A DNA stretch of 58,860 nt, filler included, from Sphacelaria rigidula (lineage: Eukaryota): assembly GCA_964200075.2 (NCBI GenBank). It is 3 parts of 3 records of this genome, joined end to end, with 100 filler letters (N's around TTAATTAATTAA, not from the genome) between each part and the next. Parts side by side here need not be neighbours in the genome. Positions count along the whole stretch, not along the records: positions 19,660 to 39,214 come from CAXNAA020000647.1; 2 more parts are not named here. One strand, 5' to 3'. The notes below the pieces were generated by a model. That model made no database searches and had not been told where the DNA came from. It was given only the letters and a program-made list of their open reading frames with translations. The position numbers were made by a program, and so were the translations under genes. Position 1 is the stretch's first letter, and the number at the start of each line of letters is the position of its first letter. Below, in pieces: positions 23,301 through 35,691 of the stretch.

Positions 23301-26300
23301 TTCCACCACAATATGTAAAAGGACTCACCTCCTCTTGAGAAACGTACTGGGCCGCGGTTTTCCTGGACTGCTTAAGCTGCTCGATTTCCTTCACCAGCTT
23401 CTTCTCCTCCGCGAGCTTCATGGAGCTCGTTTGCTGCACGGGCCAAACAGTGGGCAGAACATTGCGGGAAACATTAGAATCACTGCAACAATGTTGCCAA
23501 GAGGTTCACAGGGGACACATGATAAAACCAAATATTTCTTCAAATACCATGCTACAGATGACAGTCCTGTCCTTGTAATATTCCGTTTAAATGAAGGGTG
23601 TGCAAGAATCCAAAACTTTTGAAATGTGCACATCCACACAAAAAAAAAGAGGAAAAAGAGGTGTGTAGTGAGGGGAGGCGCAAAAAAAAAACAGCAAGGT
23701 GATTGCTTCAGAGGGGCGGGAGTTCAAATCCTCTCGAAACGGGTTACGACAGGGCTTTGAAAGTATGTAATGGGAGAAATGACGCATACAAATGACCGTA
23801 CCCAGAACAAGCGGATAGACACGAGATCCGAACAAAACAATGCACCTTGTTGTAGGGACAGAAATAATATACATACATGCCGGAGGGGAACAACATATTT
23901 ATATATTTCCACATATCCACTCCGGAGCCGCAACAACAAAAAACGCCTCCAGAGGAACCCACTTCACGTGGGCTACATCTAGAAAGGTTTCGAAAAACGG
24001 ACATGACCACTATAATCCCGTCTGTCATGTGCTGTCCTTTTCGAGGAATAATAAATTCCAGGAAAAGAGAAGTGCCCTACAATAAGCAAGAGCTTGTTAA
24101 ACCCAACTCTTGACAGAGGGTTCCGACCAAGCCAGCCAAAACATGAAGAACGTGTGATGAAAATTTGCAATAAAAACATAATTCTGCCGCAAGTGTAGGC
24201 TAGTCGCAACTCATGTCGATACTGTAGGCCTACATACTTAACGAAGAACGATTTTCTTCTCTCGCAACCGATGACCAAATACTAATATCTACTATTAATA
24301 TGTGCAATTTGAGAGGTGGTCACAGTACTTGTTCTCACATGTTATCCTATCCAATTAACAGCCACATCCAACCATCAGCGAACAAAATCGTAGTATAACT
24401 GCAATGCCGTGGACGAGCAGCAGCAATCGAGACAAACGAAAAAAATACTCAGAACACGTGATCGTACCTGGCGAACCTCCATCTGTCTGATGGCGGTTTC
24501 TATCTCGGCGACTGTCTTGTACTTGAGGCTGGACTGGAGCGCTCGCTTGGTTTTGTCGTGACCATCAAGTGCGGCCTTCGCCCTTTGGCTCTCCGCCTTT
24601 CAGCAAGACAACAGCAACCAAGCACATGGCAATATGGCAAGATAAAAACATTACACACGACTTCTTGAGGGATGACTCGAATCGTGCGAGCCATGCAAAA
24701 AAAATAGCCAGCGAGTCTGAATCGGACGTGAGGGAATAGTGAAAACGAGGATGACCCGAGTCCTACGGGCCATGCAGAAAATAGAGAGCGGGTCTGACTC
24801 GAACGTGAGGAAAAATGAGGGCGAGTATGACCCGAGTCCTACGAATTTTCCAAGAAAGGACGAGTTTAGCTCAAGCCTTACGAGTCATTCGGGGAAACGA
24901 AGACATATCTATCTCGAGTCCTACGAATTTTCCCGAACAAAGATGAGAACGAGCTGGGCCAGCCTGGAAACGGATTGAAGCTCTCAACGCGATATCTCAT
25001 CGACACGGACGAGTTGGGCCGTGATCCGCATACTGTACGAATTGTCCGATCGGATGGTGACAATGTTTGGTGTGGCCCTTCCCTGGAGCACAGGAAGACG
25101 ATATTTACCTTCATCTTTACGTAATTCGTTATTTATCTCGATATGTGACTCACATAATGTTTCATGCTAAAATCAGTACATTACGAGCAGGGGCACTAGA
25201 TGCCGTAAATCTGGATATCGCATCTCAGTTTTTGAGAGTTTTGCTAAGAAATTTCGTATGGAGAACTGCTAGAACAAAAAAGATCAAATAACAGCTCTTT
25301 ATTTCTTCTCGTCTTGTTTTTATTTTCTTCGTGTTTCTAGGGGAGTTCTGAGAATAAATGAACATTGCTCGTGGGCCTTCTGTCAACTGTTTAGCACAGT
25401 TCTCTGAATGAGGTTTGGAAACTCAGCATGGAGGACCACAGAGGTATGCTGACGAAAAAAATGGGCCTTCGAAAAAACTCTGGGGGAGGTTCGGGTGTTC
25501 TCGTAGTAGAAAGGTCGTTCCTATACTGAAACGGCCTAAACCAGTGAAAAAAATGGATGAAAACCAACCTGGTCGATTTTTCTCGGTTCATCATGACCTA
25601 GCGAGGTCCCGACAAAGTTTCAATACATGAACACCCAACGTCGACCAGTAAACGGCCTGCAAAATACTGTTCCGAATTCGCACCGGCCCGGGTTTCAGAA
25701 GACGAATTCGCAATTTTCTACTTGGAGTTGGACACTGAAATTTGGCATGGACAGTCAGCAAGACGTGGAGAAAAATTCATAGAGGTCCCCAAGATGTTTT
25801 TCATGAGTTAGGCAATCATCGTTTTCAACGTTTTGGAAAAACGCGGTTAACTTGCCAAAAAAAATCTTCAAGACCACTTACAATTTCTCGTCAGGCTCTG
25901 TTGATTGTACAAATTTTCAGCGTCCAACTCCAGGTAGACCATTGCAAATTGGTCTGCAAACTTTGAATCCGCTTCTAGGCTGGCCCAACTCGGAAGACTC
26001 GAGTCCTTCGTGCCACTCGAGGAATTGAGGACACGTCTTACTCGAATCCTGAAAATCATTCCGAACGAATGAGAACGAGTCCAAGTCGGTTATTACCACA
26101 CGCTCGAGGAAACAAGGGCAAGTCTTACTCGGGTGTCAACGCATTATATTGAAAGAACATGAGGATGACGGAGGTCCCACGAGTCATTCAAGGAATTGAG
26201 GGCACATCTACTCGATTACTGCGAATTATCGCAAAAAAGAGTACGACTCCATGTTCTGCGAGTCATTCGACAAGATGAGGACATGTCATACTCCAATCCC

Positions 26301-29300
26301 ACGAATCGGTCCGAACGACCAGGAACGAGTTCCAGTCAGATCGAACCACTCATCCGGGAAAAAGGCAACTCTTCCTCGACTTCCTCCGACAATCCCCCAA
26401 AACTCAACGATCCTCATGGCATCAACCTCAGAATCACACGAAACAGATTTGGACCCGTTGGATATGGGCGACGGAAGCGTTGAAAAAAATGTTTTCACAT
26501 CACCCTGGACAATAGATCACATGGGCCAAGAATGTAGCACGTACAGTATCGACCAGTGCATTTGTTGCTTTGGACAAAATATTTCAAACTGTGCGCAGTA
26601 CATTTTTAAACAGTGCCATCTGCCCTCCAGGGTGTGGCTGATATCTGTTTTCACGGTTGATCGTCGAAGTTCCCGGGTTCCCACGGGCTCTTTTTCGAGT
26701 GCGAGTTTTCGAAGCCGGATTGCGGTAGTACAGCGCTTCATCCACAACTACGAGCTGGGCCAGCCGACAAGCGATTCTGTAGTTTGAAGGCCCATTATAC
26801 GGCCAATACTTAGGGTTGGATCCTGAAATACCAGTAAACACAAGGTTTTTTTCTTCAATGAGTTAGGGGCATCTTACCGATATCTGAAAACCTACTCCTC
26901 CCCTCAACTCATGAAAAAAATATGAAAAACCTTGTGCGGACTGATAATTTTTTGTCACTATGCCCTATTCATTGTCCATACCAAATTTCAGCGTCCAACT
27001 CAAAGAATTGGCCGTAGAATGGGCCGTTTACTGACGGGGTCGGAAGAAATTCGGAACAGTATTTTGCAGGCCACTCACCGGCCCACGTTTGGTGTTTGTG
27101 TATTGAAACTTTGTGTGTGCCGTGGCTGGGGCATAATTGACGAAACAAAGTGGGTCAGGTTGATTTTTCTCGCTTCTCCAGTGGTTCAGGGCGTTCTAGT
27201 ATGGAAACCGCCATTGTTTCACGAGAACACCCAAACCTCCACAAGAAAAAAACTGAAGGTTCATTTTTTTTTCAGCATACCTCTGTGGTTCTTTATCCTG
27301 AGTTTCAAATTACAATTCTGGAAATTGAGCTCAAAATGAGGGAAGGGCCAACAGCAATGTTCATTTCTCCTCGAAACTGCCCCAAAAACCCGAAAAAGAT
27401 GAAAAAATTGAAAAAGCTGTGTTTATAAGCTTTACTATGCACTAGCGGTTCTCCATACGAAATTTTACAGCATAACTCTCAAAATCTGAGACGCAATATC
27501 CAGGTTTAGCTCATCTAGCGCATCTGCTCGTAATATACTGATTTGAGAATGAAGACTCATGTGCGCCATATCTTGTGGTAAATCACCAAGTAGGTAACGG
27601 TGAATTGAATATCATCTTCCCGTGCTCCAGGGAATGTCCACACCAAAACTCGTCGTTATCCGCTACTACATCGATCGGGGGTTTCATGGAGATTTTAGTA
27701 TGGACGCTATCTCCTTCCTGTATACGAATTACTAGACATGGGGTTCAATCAACGAGAACATATGGGCCCGAAAATTTTGAACAGATGGGCACCTTCCGCT
27801 TGGTTAGACGATTAATACAAAATGCGGATCATGGTCCAACTCGTCCGTGTCGACGAGATATTGCTGCGCAGCTTGAACCCGTGTCTAGGGTTTCATTCCT
27901 AATCGTGAAAAACAAAAAGCTGTGGGAACCCAGTTTGACTCATCTATGCCGACCTCACTACTTTGGGGATGCAGCTCCCATCCGTGAATCTTATTCCAGG
28001 TGAAGGGACCCGACGGAAATGGCTAGTCCGCGGCGTAGAGGTTAACGACGGACATGACTGGGTCACTGTGGCGAAGAGTGTGCTCGAATTATAAAAAAAT
28101 ACTCGATCAACATTCAACGAAGCACACACTGCCTCTACTAGTTTCAAATGTAGGCGAGGTCACCTGCATAGCGTCCAGCTGCGCCCTGATCTCGTCCCTC
28201 TCTTCCTTGAGTTGACGCATCACGGCACGGGCTTCTCCCATTTCATCCTAAATCAATAATCCACGTTCACGAGCAACGCAGGGACACACGAAACTTTTGG
28301 GTCATAATCCATCACTGAAGGACGACGATGTGCTACAAATCGCACAATATTCGTGGCGGCATAAGTCAGTCATACACCGTTGAAACACGATCAGGGAATA
28401 CACCGCCACAGTGTGCAAGGAGCCGTGCGCTTCAAACTTACACACCACACAGATGGGCATAATTCAACTATCCTCCGTAAGCAGTCCAGACTGTGGGGTA
28501 CGAACCGTGCACCTCCTCCATCAACGACATAAAACTACTAGCAGAACGGTCCAACAAGGCCACAGACGAAGGGGAAACACTTCACTACTGATGATCCCAG
28601 GCGTGACGCCATGCACGCGGAGGATAACCTCATCACACGTCATTTATGTTTGCGATTCCATGACCGTCAGTTCACCACTTGGTGAGACAAGAATCTCTCA
28701 GATTTTTTTAATCTCGGACTAATGCTAACCCCAATCCCAAGTCCGACTCACGGCATGACGAGGATCCTCGGGCGAAAGGGGTGCAAAGTGTTGCCTGGAC
28801 AAAGTGTGGCGTTGGAAGACGACAAATCACCACCGCAAATATAGCCGGAATTGGGCTGCAAGGTTGGATTACTTCACTCGAGTGTCGACAACGAGAATCA
28901 GATCTTTGGTGGGGCTTGACAGACCTGTGTGCTGGGATCCCTAGTCACTCGTCACGGCACTCTTATGGGCAGACGCACAACCCGAAATAATATATATTCG
29001 TTATGCACTCATCACTTGAACGCCCTGGACAATGTGTGGTCGATAGTTCCAGTATACCCACCTTCTATTGCAACCTTTGACCACATTTTGTCCAGGACGT
29101 GAAGGTGATCAATTTCAGCGGTGGTGAAAACATACCCGAAATAGAAACTTCGCCCAACATAATCCATGAAAAATGCATTACAAAGCGTGCAGGACTACAA
29201 ATCCAAAAGAAAGCAACGACCGAAGTGAATGACAGGAAGACAGGGCACGAAACGACTCACCCCCTGACCCCGGCGAGCCTCGTTAGCCTCATCGATCTTG

Positions 29301-32300
29301 GCTCTCAAGACCTCGATCTGGTCTTTGATCTTCTTGATCTCCTCATTAATCGCCGTCACCTTCAGCTCGTGCTCCTCGTTGTCAGGCTGAGGCTCAGCCT
29401 ATTGGTTGACAAAATGATGACAGTAAAATAAAAAACGACAAAATCAAATGAAGAGCTCGCGAAATATAGCAAGAGTTTACACTTTTGTGGCGGACGACCA
29501 AAACTAAAAAAGGGGAGGATATATGGCGCAGCACCCAGCACAAAGACAAAGTGGGGTATAGACGTATGAAGAATGAGGGATTGAGTGTTGACATTTTTTT
29601 CAGACAAAACCTCCGACTTCCTCACAGGGGGGAAAAATCCTCTCGGATATGTGAGCGCAAATATATTCAGTAGATCAGGTCATCGATCAACAGATCAATC
29701 TAACACTAGACACAGAATAGAGCGAAAATCTAACATCAGAATGTTTTCCAGCTTTTTTTTTCCCAGGAGAAGTCGGGAAATAGACGTAAATCTTCCGGTT
29801 CAAGATGGGAAACTTTCAAAAAGTCCTGCTAGTGGTACTTTCTAAAGAGATATTCGTAGCACATTCCGCGACATCATACCCGTGTTTGCATCATGACAGG
29901 ATACGGACGAAGGTGGTCAACGGAAAAAAAGGTTGGGAGCAAAACAAACGTACTTATACATATGAACGTGATGACGCTGAAATTTCCGCTCATCTACTGC
30001 ATATAAGGACATCACGATCGCGGGTAGTAACTCGTGCACCCCGGCCAACCCCTCAAGACAACATTCAACCGCAAAAGCAAATCTTCATCGTGGCCATTTT
30101 ATCATCACTCTTCCGTCACATTAGCTCAATCTCTGATACCCGTGGTCACAGAGTGAAAGGAGCATACCATCAATTACCCATGAATTTTCAAAAGCCAACA
30201 GAGGAAGACACGAAATAGAACAACTACACGAAAAAAAGGCACCTACACCACGAAAAATCCATATAAAACAGATGGAACTACAGTGAGTCTCCTGGAAGCT
30301 ATCAAGTCCCAGCGTGCGACCTCTCCGACCACGTTGCCACGAGCGAGTGTTTACAAAGTGTGGTCATAATTTTCATTATTTTCACACCACTGGACCCACA
30401 GCCTTGCCGGATCTCTGAAACCTCAGGAATCGTTCCTCGACCCAGATACATGATGAACGTAACTTCAGAATCGACAGTCGTCCAACCTGGGGGCCGCCTT
30501 CAATTCAACAAATCCAAGACATGCTCGATAGTATCCCTCCGAACCCAAGGCCATTCTCACGAAGCAAAAGCGACGGAACTGATGCCAACCGGATTAGATC
30601 GGCGTCAGCCGAACCGACCTAACCGGTAGAATCCTCAAAATCCAGCTCCCGAATTCATGGTTGAAATATATTCCTCTTCAGTGTGAACCCTCGCGATCGG
30701 ATCTATGTAGAGTTTCCAAGTTTTTCCTGTCTGGAGATGAATGTCACGTATTTTGGCATCCAAGAGCTCACCCATGATATTGCCGGAAACGGGACTTTCA
30801 AGATGGGCACTGAAGTGCATGAATCGCCCCTCCACACTCTTGACTCAAGTTTTGTTCGGCTAAAATAACCCGTAGACGGCGAGAGTAGGTCATCTGTTTT
30901 GGAAGGGAGTCAGATTCACTCGAAAAACTTACGCATAAACCAGATGGGCTACCTACCCTGGCGGTTTACGGGTTACCCAGATCGTCACCACTTGGGATTC
31001 CATGTCGATTTCGAGTGGTGTTCATAGACACGCACTCCCTCAGATCGTGGGGTTCAACTTTAGCTTGGGACTGTTTCTTGAGGTCCGTTTCGACGATAAC
31101 TCATCACGGGGGCGTCCGATCTGGGCCAGCAGTAAATCCCTGACTCGCGTCCACAACACGAATTCTCAAGTTTCCCGAATCAGCGCGACTTGAGCACATC
31201 GCTGTGGGCTTCAGACCAACCCGGTAATACACGGCACCGCCGCTGAATGAAGAAGAAAATGAAATGTACTGCATAATATATCACCTTAACGACGGACGAA
31301 AAATAGAGAGAATATGTCGGGATTCGATCTCATAACCATCATGACTGGGGTCTACTCAATCGCTTAGATTTAAGGGGTGCGGCCGTGTCACACGAAAAGT
31401 GGATGCGGCGCCCAATTTGAGATATACTCCACCAAAATTCTACCAGGTTGTCTCGGACGCAAGTGCTCACAACGTTGTTCGGGGTGCAGCCGTTTCCATC
31501 AAATCTTCACGGAGTTGAGGTATTTCTCCTGTTATTGCTGAAACGTGAACTCGCTCCAACTTCCTGTTTTGTTTTCGATTTTTCTCCGAACTCCCAATAG
31601 GGTTGCGCAGGTTGATGAGAGAAATGTGTCAGATTTTCAGTGCCCAACTTATGGAATTGCCAATCGCACTGCTGTTCTTCAGTCAAAAATCACTGTCAGC
31701 CGACCCAGCTCGTACTCACTTGATCCTTTCCTCGAGTCATTTGACCATCGACCGCGCATCCCTTTCGAAACGAAGCACACGGGGGAGATTGCAAGATAGA
31801 ATCGCAAGCATTTCACACTTGTTGGCCCCAAGATATTTACAGCCGAGCATCGCGACCCTTCAGCAGGAGACGGGGTAAGCCCACGGCTTTTGCACTGGAA
31901 ATACCACTACCTTTGAAGACATGTCGCTCATTTCGGAAAAAAGTCGAGCGCTAGCGTGTTGTGGTATCGTTATGTCCGGTCTTTAATTCGAGCATGAATC
32001 ATGCGCCCTTCTTCTCGACCATTCAAGTAAAAGTATGTTATGTATCGATTTCTGCAGTCGAAAATTCCACAATTTCTGCATTCACAGAATTACTCGGGGT
32101 GTGGCCCTGCATGTTCTGTATCGAAACAACCTGTGAGACATGTCATGTCGTCGGCAACGATACGGTAACTCCTCTCATAACCCCAACGCACCGCCTGGAT
32201 CAACACGAATTGTTCAGTATTTCAGGACCTACATGACAGTTTGCGTGTGCTGCTGCGGCAGACGGACTTGCTGCAGTTATCGACTGCATATGCTTACTGT

Positions 32301-35300
32301 ACTGGCAATTCGGACAGCACGGACATACACACAACTGATACTCACCAGTTATATTAAAATAGAAGGAAAACGGCAACACACTTTTGACACGGGACCGAAA
32401 CGCAGGCGGATGTTGGAGAAAAATCAACTTAAAACACGTATCATCCCCGCTACCGGCAGAGCTCCCTCACCGACCCGGGGGGGGGGGGGGGGGGTTCTCA
32501 TTTGTTGCTAGCCTTGGGGGCTGGGGCTCTGCGGCCGCGTCCCCCCGGGCCGGGGGCCCCCCCTCACCAGCACGAGGGAGGGGGAGGGGGGGGATTGGTT
32601 TGCCTCGGGCTCAGCCGCCATGGGCTCGGAAGCAGCTGCCCGAGAAAAGGCGAACGCCCCGGCGGAAGAATATGGTAGGCCTCGACTCTTCGACCGCGAG
32701 GAAAGGTCACCTGCTGAACCGGCATCAATTTCACTAGGAAAAGTATGTGTGATCCCGACGGACTACCCGCATCGCGGTTCAAGGGTTAAAAGTGTGCCAA
32801 AACAGTAACCACGCATGCTCAAGGGCCTCCGCCACTGGCATTTCCAGATGTGTGAAAGCGTCTGCTCCAAATCGAGAAATCACCCCGGAAGAACCCCCGA
32901 GTTACGATACAAGAAACAGATGATGTGGAGGAACATCCATCATTCGTTGCGGAAGTCAAGGTTTTCCCCCTAGCCGTCCTTCAACGAGCGTAAACTTCGC
33001 CCGGTAGCCCTCCGAGCTACATCACAGGTCATCGGTTAAATCGGTATCACCTTCACTTGAAGAAGGTCTCATGACCCAGATGATCCAACATCACAGCCAA
33101 GGAGATAGATAACCCCTAGATTGCGAGGGTAGTCCATCTGGGCCATGCACTACTATTTCGAGTCAAGTTGGTACCGATTCAGCACATGACCTCTACTCTA
33201 GCCGTCCGAGGGTTGAAGAGAGACTACACCATGTTCCACCTCACCCTCGAGAGGACGCCTTCGTCCCGGTAAAGATTGGCTTCAATACGTCCATGTAGCA
33301 CGTCAACTCGAGTTTTTGGCTATCATCGATACTTCGACAGTACCCACAGTGGTTCGCCAGGACCCGTGCTATTACTTGCAAATGCTTCCGTGGGTCTATG
33401 CACCCCACGCAACGATGCGGTAGCTCTCTCGCTACCCAATGCCGTGCAATATTTCCGCAGCAAAAAAAATGTATCGTAGACAGTGGGCAAGACAGTCCGA
33501 GAGTATGTGTGTGTGTTGTCGTCCTATTTATTCTGGGCACCTGTTTACATCTTTCGGTATATGTGGACGCATCAGCCGGGGTCACACGGGAGGAAGGTCA
33601 ACGCAGGAGCTTTTTCTCCTTTACTTGTTTTTAATACCCCACCTTCCTTCTGCAGTGCTCGCCTTTGTTCTTTATCGCGAGAGGGGCCAAGCAGTCCCTT
33701 TCCCTCGTCGGCCATCAAGTCGAATTTTGTGTACCCACGACATGGTCGCTCTCCACTGCTGTTGGGCATGGTGTGATAAAAGATTCCAGATCGCTCCGGG
33801 AATCGAACGCCCCTACTCAACCATCAGAAGGTTACGAGGTTATCAACTGAGCCACCGGGGGGGACCGGTTAGAGTATACAGATGGAGATGGGGAGGAAAT
33901 CATGTCGAGATTTTTTCATCTTTTCGAGCGTCCCTGTGCTGCTCAGCGGAGATCCTGAGATGGGACTGGGGCATCGCCAGAGGGTGTTACAAGGGGCAGC
34001 ACGGCGCCACCCGAACACAACAGTGCAGTCAGCAGCGTGGAAGTTTGCTTGCTGAGTGCCTGCAAGGCAACATACTGGGATAGTAGAGCCGTCTACAAGG
34101 TCTACGTGCCTCATGTTCGAGCGAATAAACAGAGCGCCATTATCATGACCGCAAGTCACAAGAGTCGCGTTTCATGAAACCGACGCCGGACTCTATTGCA
34201 GACGGTAGACATGTACCTTATCCATGCCACACACATGGTACGCATATGGAATATGCCGTGTTCATACTCAAGTGTATTTCAAAGATGTCAGTACCGACGT
34301 AAATTACGCCGCAAGTATCTCTGAGCCCATACGAATCACTTCACCGACTTGCTCGTCAAATGCGCGAAAGTGAACACAGCTGCCCAGCTTGCCCTCCCCT
34401 TCCCCGTACGAGAACGTATGATTGCACGGGAGTCAGCACTGCGTAACGTTCTCGTCCGTGTCGGAGTAATGCAAGGGAGATTCCCCGAAGCGATTGCCCG
34501 TAGCGAAAGAACGCGATGCAGGGAGGGGGTATACTTTGTCCTAGACATTATTCAGTGTGTAATAACGGGGGGAGCGGGGGTTGGCGTGCCCCAAAGCTTC
34601 GTTATGCACTTCATGGCCGGCATCGACACTACAGTGGTAGTACTGCACTGACCGTGCCGCGCCAATACTCTGTGTGACGTGCGAGTACATGCGCAAAACT
34701 GAGCCCGTTGGCTACAAGAAGTTACTGCACCTGCACGCGGTCTCCATATATTCTTTGTAAACCTGGGCTGACTGAACCGACCGACTACGGTTACAGTGCC
34801 TCGGCAGTCCGGAAACACGACGGGTGCAGAAAAGGCTTTCCACCTCTGATGGTTTGGACTTGCATTTTTCGTCGAGTCCGTGCGATTCAATTCCAGATCC
34901 AAGCTACACTCCCGACTGAAGACGGGGGGGGAGCTAGAAAATAATCATAATGGAACCAGCAGCCGACTGCGCGAGGCCACAGAACGAAGGATGTGTATGC
35001 CTGCCTGCCCACTAATGTTCTGGAATTGAGACGGTATGCACGTTTCCAAAACACCTTCGTTCTTCTTGTACGAAAGGAGTACGGCAGTAGAGCACGAACA
35101 CGACACAGAGTACAGCGCAGTGCTGTCAACTTTTTGTGACAACTGTACAACTCGGTTTAGTTGGAACGGAGTCGGGAGCAGTATAATATTTCCAGTAAGT
35201 GCTCGCTAGCTGATGAAGAACCACAAACAGAACAATCAGATTTTCAAAACAAAATTACAGCTACGAAGACAACAGAATCGGCAGGCACAGAGGAGGAAGC

Positions 35301-35691
35301 ACAACCGAAAATATTTCACTCAACCACGCCACTTCTGTGCACATATCCATCCTCTCGGCTTCTTCATGGCCAGCAACAATCCTTGTTCGTTGCCTCAACG
35401 AGAAACACGCCACGCATCCCATGCGGACAAGGTTGACCCGAACGCCCCAATCGTCGATACCTCAGGGCCCCTGTTGCACTGCTTTGTACCGCCCCTCACC
35501 TTCGGAAGCGCATTGAGGGCTTTGTGGGCCTCCTCGACAGTCATGTCGGGTATTTCCTCAAGCTCTCTGCGAGGACGCTCGGGCTTCCCATCTCTCCTCG
35601 CCCCAGACTCCGCCGCCACCACACCACCGCTCTCCGCCACTACTTCCTCCGCTGCGGGCACTGGGGGTGGCGATGCCTCGGTCTCCGCCAT
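20139..35691 (-). CDS. BFR1: Multi-exon coiled-coil protein of the Bfr1 (nuclear segregation protein) / plant proton-pump-interactor type; 280 aa in six exons, 3' end missing
   Basis: Exons 35691-35500, 29398-29261, 28247-28164, 24596-24468, 23433-23329 and 20330-20139 all have GT-AG borders and join in frame with no stop. PDNEEHE...AKID and YKTVAEIETAIRQME...SMKLAEEKKLVKEIEQLKQSRK match the Bfr1/PPI pattern as I recall it; no database search was run. Confidence 0.85.
20453..21643. mobile_element. Non-autonomous TIR DNA element (Tc1/mariner-pogo-like ends) in intron 5
   Basis: TA|CAGTAGAGGT ... ACCCCTACTG|TA with clustered CGGTT/AACCG motifs near both ends. Confidence 0.65.
23329..23433 (-). 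CDS. BFR1: BFR1-like coding exon 5 (QTSSMKL...YVSQEE)
   Basis: CAG acceptor, GTGAGT donor, 105 bp. Confidence 0.9.
24468..24596 (-). CDS. BFR1: BFR1-like coding exon 4 (AESQRAK...QMEVRQ)
   Basis: AAG acceptor, GTACGA donor, 129 bp. Confidence 0.88.
24950..25992. mobile_element. ~1-kb non-autonomous TIR element, copy 1
   Basis: TIRs cgagctgggccagcc ... ggctggcccaactcg; homologous over its length to 26751-27940 in inverse orientation. Confidence 0.8.
26751..27940. mobile_element. ~1.2-kb non-autonomous TIR element, copy 2 (inverted relative to copy 1)
   Basis: Starts TA|cgagctgggccagcc; many 15-25-nt blocks are reverse-complementary to copy 1; right end decayed. Confidence 0.75.
28164..28247 (-). 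CDS. BFR1: BFR1-like coding exon 3 (DEMGEAR...QLDAMQ)
   Basis: TAG acceptor, GTGACC donor, 84 bp. Confidence 0.88.
29261..29398 (-). CDS. BFR1: BFR1-like coding exon 2 (AEPQPDN...ARRGQG)
   Basis: TAG acceptor, GTGAGT donor, 138 bp. Confidence 0.9.
31117..31711. mobile_element. TIR element with CGAGCTGGG-type ends and a decayed tRNA-like box
   Basis: cgatctgggccagc ... gccgacccagctcg|TA; interior homologous to 460-913. Confidence 0.6.
32750..34200 (-). pseudogene. Decayed DIRS/Ngaro-like RT in intron 1, interrupted by a ~280-bp insert (~33500-33775)
   Basis: Ordered degenerate motifs SPL...KKSR, SVDNLV...G, RELPH, CYMDV, LG...PT.LE. Confidence 0.45.
35500..35691 (-). CDS. BFR1: BFR1-like coding exon 1 (MAETEAS...LNALPK)
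   Basis: ATG at 35691, GTGAGG donor, 192 bp, in frame with exon 2. Confidence 0.85.
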
